DNA of 64,000 nucleotides from Trichoplax sp. H2 (taxonomy: Eukaryota): positions 372,001 to 436,000 of the forward strand of contig NOWV01000001.1 of the NCBI GenBank assembly GCA_003344405.1. The letters run 5' to 3'. A program made the translations under genes and the position numbers. A model generated the notes under the pieces. It was given only the letters and a program-made list of their open reading frames with translations. It had not been told where the DNA came from and ran no database searches. Below are positions 58,031-64,000 of the stretch, in pieces; position 1 is the first letter of the stretch; each line of letters opens with the position of its first letter.

Positions 58031-59789
58031 CTTTGACTGATAATTTTGTATACTAGAGTACAGTGCATAAATCAATGATCAAGCATCGTAAATCGTCATT
58101 AAAATCATGTCATAAAGATGCAAAGTTTGTCGTGTACATGAGCTTATCCATCCTAGAATGACTTCCTAGAAGTAGATTGGAAAAATGGCTTGTCTAGTGA
58201 AATTTAAATAATACTTTAGTTTGTCATCTATCGGACAGCCTACTGCAATTGTCTAATTCATTTGCTGATTGCTTTTAGTAAGCATTCGTGACGATTATTC
58301 AGCACCAGTTGATCACTTTACCACTTGGTGAGCAATCATAAATTGACGGCTGAAATAATAATAATTCAATGATAATGCGATAATAAGAAGAATTATATTA
58401 TTAAAGCCAAAAATTCTTGGAACTTTTCATCTGAAATCCGATATGTAGTGCGGTGTACCCTTTCCATCCAATGACTACAAAGTGTGTAGAACAATCTAAA
58501 CTACACTATCAAAAGAGATCAAAGTAGGAAATGACTTGTTGCTTCAACAGATCAAATCCTCATTGAACCGAGCAATCCTTGATTGAATTTGATGTCTTAA
58601 TAATTCATCATTTCAATTATTAGCCCCCAAATTGATCGTTGCCCGGTATGAGCATCATGGCTGGGCCCGAATGACGGGCCTGCTCATCCGCTTGGCAGTT
58701 AACTGATAGTGGATGATGATCTTGTTTACAGATCAGTTCGATTATTGCCAATCTCATAATCCTTGATTAAATGATTAAATTGGGTATGTCAAGCTATCAC
58801 GAGCCGATAGACTCTTTTAGAAGTAGAGTATCATGTCTTGTTGCAGTCATGATGATCCATGGAGGTCTCAAAGGCGCTGTCCTCAAGTTGATTTTGATCC
58901 GGTGGGCTGGCCGCTTCCACCAGTAGCCAGATACCGGCGGTAACCATGTTTATGGATCATTACCAATTTCATGTTGACAGGGCTTGTAGTCCAAGACTTG
59001 CGATAGAAGAGTCTAGTCCAACTGAACTGGAGACCAATCCATCATAGAAACGCCATCAATTCATTTATGAATACGTTTCAAGGCCTGTATCCCATTTACA
59101 ACACTACTGTATGCCATCAACAAGGTTGTCGACGAGATGACCAAAGCGCTCTTCCGCGGCTGAGCACGCGCTAGCCTAATGATCGTTTATCTTGTCTGAA
59201 CAAGTTTATAACAAGTTTAAATATGTCCCAAACATGATCAAGGCCGACGATGCTCATCATCATCCATATTAATGAATAGCCTCTTAACAACAGTCCAACT
59301 ACCCAACTACCGTGATACAATCCAGTCAAACACCTATTGATATTTGCCCATAACGATATTACCATTGAATGTTGATGGATCCACTTGTTAAATCATGTTG
59401 CATGTGCAGTTGTCCACATAATAGACATGATGGGAACCAACAATACCATATTGTAGGCTATTCTCAATGGCCATTTTAAAAGGCGTTAACTCCTGATGGT
59501 TGTATTTTTGCCCAATGCAATGTGCTATCTTTCCTATTCATCAACATGGATTGAATTAAAAGAAAAGTTGAACAAGTCTTATCATGTTAGAAAATTGTTG
59601 ACAATTACGTCAGCATCAGTCGGCAACGATTGGCTATCCTATGGATGCTATTGACAAGCGAGATCATTGATATTGATATCAAGGTAGAAATTTCAACAAG
59701 ATGAGGCTATACATAAACTTGTTGTTGACGATAGTCATAGTAGGATAGACCAGGATAGCTAGTAGTATTAGGGTAGTGCCATGAGCGCT

Positions 59790-59860
59790 GAAACCCAATG
59801 GAGGGGGAGGAGGAGAAGAGGATTACCTGACGTGGCATTTATTTGCGGCCGCCGGTTAAC
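59790..59860 (+). promoter_or_regulatory. Candidate NFI promoter/enhancer module
   Basis: CCAAT, a purine tract (GGAGGGGGAGGAGGAGAAGAGG), TGACGTGGCA (59828-59837) and GCGGCCGCCGG are packed into ~70 bp of an AT-rich sequence, ~780 bp upstream of the NFI ATG. Confidence 0.4.
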
Positions 59861-60619
59861 ATGAAGAAGCCATATCACTACGGCATGATAGCCATGATTT
59901 AAGTTAGTCTACTCTCATCATTCCGCCAACGATAAGATAATCCATTTACATTTCTATTCTTTCATTAATACAACCTTTTAAAAAAAGGACAAAAAGGCTT
60001 GTAGGACGGCCGTTGTACCCCTATTCTACTGTTGATCAGTCAGAATTAATGACATAATTAAAATAATTATTATTCTTATTGATACTAGAGTGGAGTAAAT
60101 GAGTCGTCATCGATTGGCGAGAGTGCAATCGTTACGTTAACGTTATCGATAAGAGTCTACAAAATAAATTAGTCATCTTAATTTCATCATTATTATTATT
60201 ATTATCTTGGTTAGCGTAGGGTAGCAAGCGTGTTGTATCACGTCGACAAGTTGCAGTTGGCAAGCTTCCACTTGAAATCAAGAGCGACACTAGATCGTTC
60301 GATATTCATGTCCTAGCCTGCCTTGGACTTGTTCCAACATTGATCACTGTGCTTAACAATTTTAGTGTATAAAAAGTTGACCAACAACCATAAGCCCCCC
60401 ATTCGTAGACTATCGCTGGCAATTGGCCTTATTTGTCGCATGACATCCAAATCAAGATAAACTTGATCCACTTCGGTACGCTTGGTGACGAGAAGAGTCA
60501 TTGGATCCTAGACAAATTAGCCTACTTGAAAAAAAATCGCTGCATTGAAAATTGCTTGTGCTGGTATATCGAGGTACAGACATTAACAAGTTGAGGAGAG
60601 AGAGCAATCAACTAGCATC

Positions 60620-61181
60620 ATGGTAAGCAATCGAATCGATTTGGAAGAATTACAACGTTATATCCATCCTAGAGCCTACGGTTGGTTCCATCTACAACAA
60701 AAACGAAGACATTACAATAGCACCAATCGGCGTAGTAATATGATCAAATATGATAATATTAAAAATAAACAGGAAGATACTTGGCTAGCTGACATTAAAC
60801 GTGTCAGAAATCATGATAAAATGTTATGGTGTAAACGATTATTAATTAAAATTTTAAAAGATGTCAAAACTGAAAATAAACGCAACATTACCCAATGGAT
60901 CCGTGATAGAAATACCGATAAATGCATCATTTCCAATCCTGATTATCGTGGTAAAATGAGACGTATCGATTGCTTACGACAAACGGATAAAGTATGGCGA
61001 TTGGATATTGTTATGGCTATTTTATTTACTGGTGTCCCACTCGAATCGACCGATAGCGACAGAATATGCAAGTCCAATCAATGCCAAAATCCAGACCTCT
61101 GCATATCACCATTTCATGTTCAAGTTGTAGCTAGAGAACTGGATATCTTCTTATATAATAAAATGTCACAACAAGATTCAG
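60620..61181 (+). CDS. NFI: Nuclear factor I (CTF/NFI) DNA-binding-domain exon; the gene probably continues beyond the window
   Basis: AYGWFHLQ, CIISNPDYRGKMRRIDCLRQTDKVWRLDIVMAILFTGVPLESTD and QCQNPDLCISPFHVQVVARELDIFL match the CTF/NFI MH1-like domain. A donor CAG|GTTAGT follows 61181; if unspliced, the frame stops at 61186. A candidate next acceptor (TTTTATGTTACAG) lies at ~63993. Confidence 0.93.
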
Positions 61182-64000
61182 GTTAGTCAAAACTTTCAAT
61201 CATTATTATTCCAATTAAGAAATAGCCTCGGTGTAATTCTTACTTATTGTTAGACGCACTTTAAAAAATCAAAATATAACAGTAGCTAGAAGATACACAC
61301 GTTGCCATCATAACTTGATGCAAATGATGCCATTAATTTCATCATATCCGTAGATTAATCACTTCATTACCTTAACTAACAATAGAATAGCTTCCATTTT
61401 TTTCATCGAATCAATTAATCGATCGGAAACTGTCGATAATGCCGATCCTAATTTTCATTTTTATCCCTCTCCAAGTGTCTCTCTTTCACAGTACTGTACA
61501 CACTTATTACTACTAAGATAAATATCTGCAGATTTACAGATTATACCTACAACTAACCAATGAAGGAATAATCATCTTACTTCCTTATTGTCATAGCACT
61601 TATTACTCTTGCCCACTTACATTCAACAATTATATAGCTATTGCAATACTTGTTTAAATTTTAAAAACGAACTGACCTCGAATATTATGCTACTGTAATT
61701 TACCTTAAAAGACAAATTAGTGCATTAAACATTTGCTGAAACTGGATTAGGAATAAATGATGAAATATTGCTATTACCCTATTGCCATAACCAATTCAAC
61801 TAAACAAGAATACTACCCAACATAGAACAAGATAGCATATGGTTTGCGTCATTATTACAACTACAAGTACTACAGTACATCAGTTGGTTAAGATCAACCA
61901 AATTTTTAAAAGGCTATCGTAATACCAAGTAAAAATATAATATCGCATTATCCTTCTATATTTGCATACTTTATCATTCTAAATACGATATTGACGACAA
62001 AAAGATTCAACAATAAAGTCTACTATTCACGCTCATTTATCCAATTATTTTAACTAAAAAGGTTTAAAAATTGATTTGAAAATCCTTACAACAACAATAA
62101 CAGAGAAGACGACTAAGGAAAAAAATCATATCGTCATAGCAGAAAATAATCACTCTCATCCCAGTGATCATTTCCTAGAAATAGAATGTTTGCAATAACT
62201 AGTTAGTTACTAAAGCGTATATTGAAAAATTAATTACAAGGTTAATAACCTTTAATTCTCATAACTACAGCTGCGGTAGTTTATAACTAGCCCTATTACA
62301 TAAATACCATTACTGTACTGGATATTACGTATATTATGCTGTTGAGATATTCCGATACTCAAAAGATGAATTATTAACATTAAATATCTCTACGACGCTA
62401 CTACCCTAGCTAACTTATGCTGTGGTTGATACAATCTCTTCATACGGTCATCATGAGATCGCCAACTCTATGAATTGAGAACTCTTAAAGATATCGTTGA
62501 AAATTCATCAATCACGCTTTGCAGTCATAATATCCAATTGATTTTATTGCAAAAATGTACTCTAATACAGCCTAATAATAAGTCATAATCCTTATATCCA
62601 TAGAATTTTAAAGGTCTTCAATGTTATAACTGCAAAGTTGCGAATACGTCTAAAATTTAATATCAAAATCAAAACTTTAATTCCTTGTCTAGGCGCTGGC
62701 TAATCAACAACACAGCGCATTCTCATAATATTGTACGGAGAAAAAAAAATTCACACCTATGTACTGCTGAGAACTCCTTAAAAATCGCAATCGAGAATTT
62801 TTAACTTTATTACGAAAGAGGAATTTAAAAACTCTTCCTATGCCTAAAATAGGATAGTAATCTACTTTTTGACACCTGTTTCCAATTTAGAAATATTTTG
62901 GGTTATTTCATCAGACCATACTGTTACAGTTCAGCACGTGGGAAAATGGCGGCCCATCAAATGAAAACATACACCGCCTTTATTGCATGATGTAAATGAT
63001 GCAATGCGTCCAAAGTGGACGATATTTGTACGATATTACATGTGAAATAGCGCAAATGATATAATGACTATTATAAGGCGAAGTAGTCTGTTTAGATCGA
63101 TCTTGAACGATCGAATCGACGAACTAGTTCAATTATTCAATTTTTTCCACCATTTTTAATATTGGTACGACGTGATTGAGAAATGCGTTGACATACAGTA
63201 AACGTATACGGTTGATAGTATCCAAGTCTAGTCTACGTATATAATTTTGTATTCATGAGAATGCCATATTGCATAGCTTGTATATATATACATACGTCTT
63301 ATAGGCAAAGCATCGCGTCATCACTTTTTCTTCCACATTATTATGCCGCAATAGGCATTCATGAGGAATAGCATATGCATTTCCCTAAAAATAATATAGT
63401 TTGCCCTTCGACTAAATATTATCTTTACATAATATGATAAAATTCTTTTTAAGATTAGTTAAGAGTTTATTCTTAATTAAAAAACTTTCTTCGCTATTAA
63501 TTAAATAAAAAATTTCTTTTTAATATCGCGCTGAGAACCGGTATAGAAAGAGTATTAAATTAATTTATTAGCAGATAGATAGACAACTTTATAAACGTAA
63601 TTAAGAATTTATGATATAGAAAACCTTCATTTTATTATGCTGATGATTTAAATATAAAACTATTTTAAAATTACTCTCTTCTATATTATGAAATAATTTA
63701 TTCACTTCAAATCGAGATGGGCTTTGAAATATAAATTAGAGAGTAAAAATTAAACGGCTAACCACATTTACTGAAATAAAAGTCGTATTTTTAGCAGGAT
63801 TTATGCGACTAGATAGATTGTACCTTAAAATATATTATATTCTTTGTTGTCAAGTAAATAATCCCGATTAAAATAATTAAAAAGTATAAATTGGACATGA
63901 AAATATTTGCTATTTATAAGAAATAAAGCTTAGCTTTACATGCAGACGGCAAGAATAAATTTTAAAATCGACATCCTTTATTTTATGTTACAGGTAATTC

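Overview
This is AT-rich, intron-dense eukaryotic DNA from an animal with a compact genome. A placozoan such as Trichoplax is my best inference from the mostly short introns and the animal-type genes; it is not proven. By reading splice sites I reconstructed six protein-coding genes: an intronless class C GPCR (-), a 21-exon ovothiol synthase OvoA (-), RAD23 (+, 12 coding exons), RIC1 (-), DOT1L (+, 23 exons, one GC-AG intron) and the DNA-binding exon of Nuclear Factor I (+). Both head-to-head intervals (OvoA/RAD23 and RIC1/DOT1L) carry dense clusters of a self-complementary CTGTA/TACAG motif, and the second encloses a structured 12-13 bp minisatellite. The ~10.5 kb gene-free stretch upstream of NFI holds several unrelated, decayed tandem arrays with units of ~120-270 bp and a possible gene relic. 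I recognised no rRNA, tRNA, CRISPR array or intact transposase. The best candidates for unexplained biology are the promoter motif clusters and the repeat-built region upstream of NFI; neither can be shown to be functional from sequence alone.
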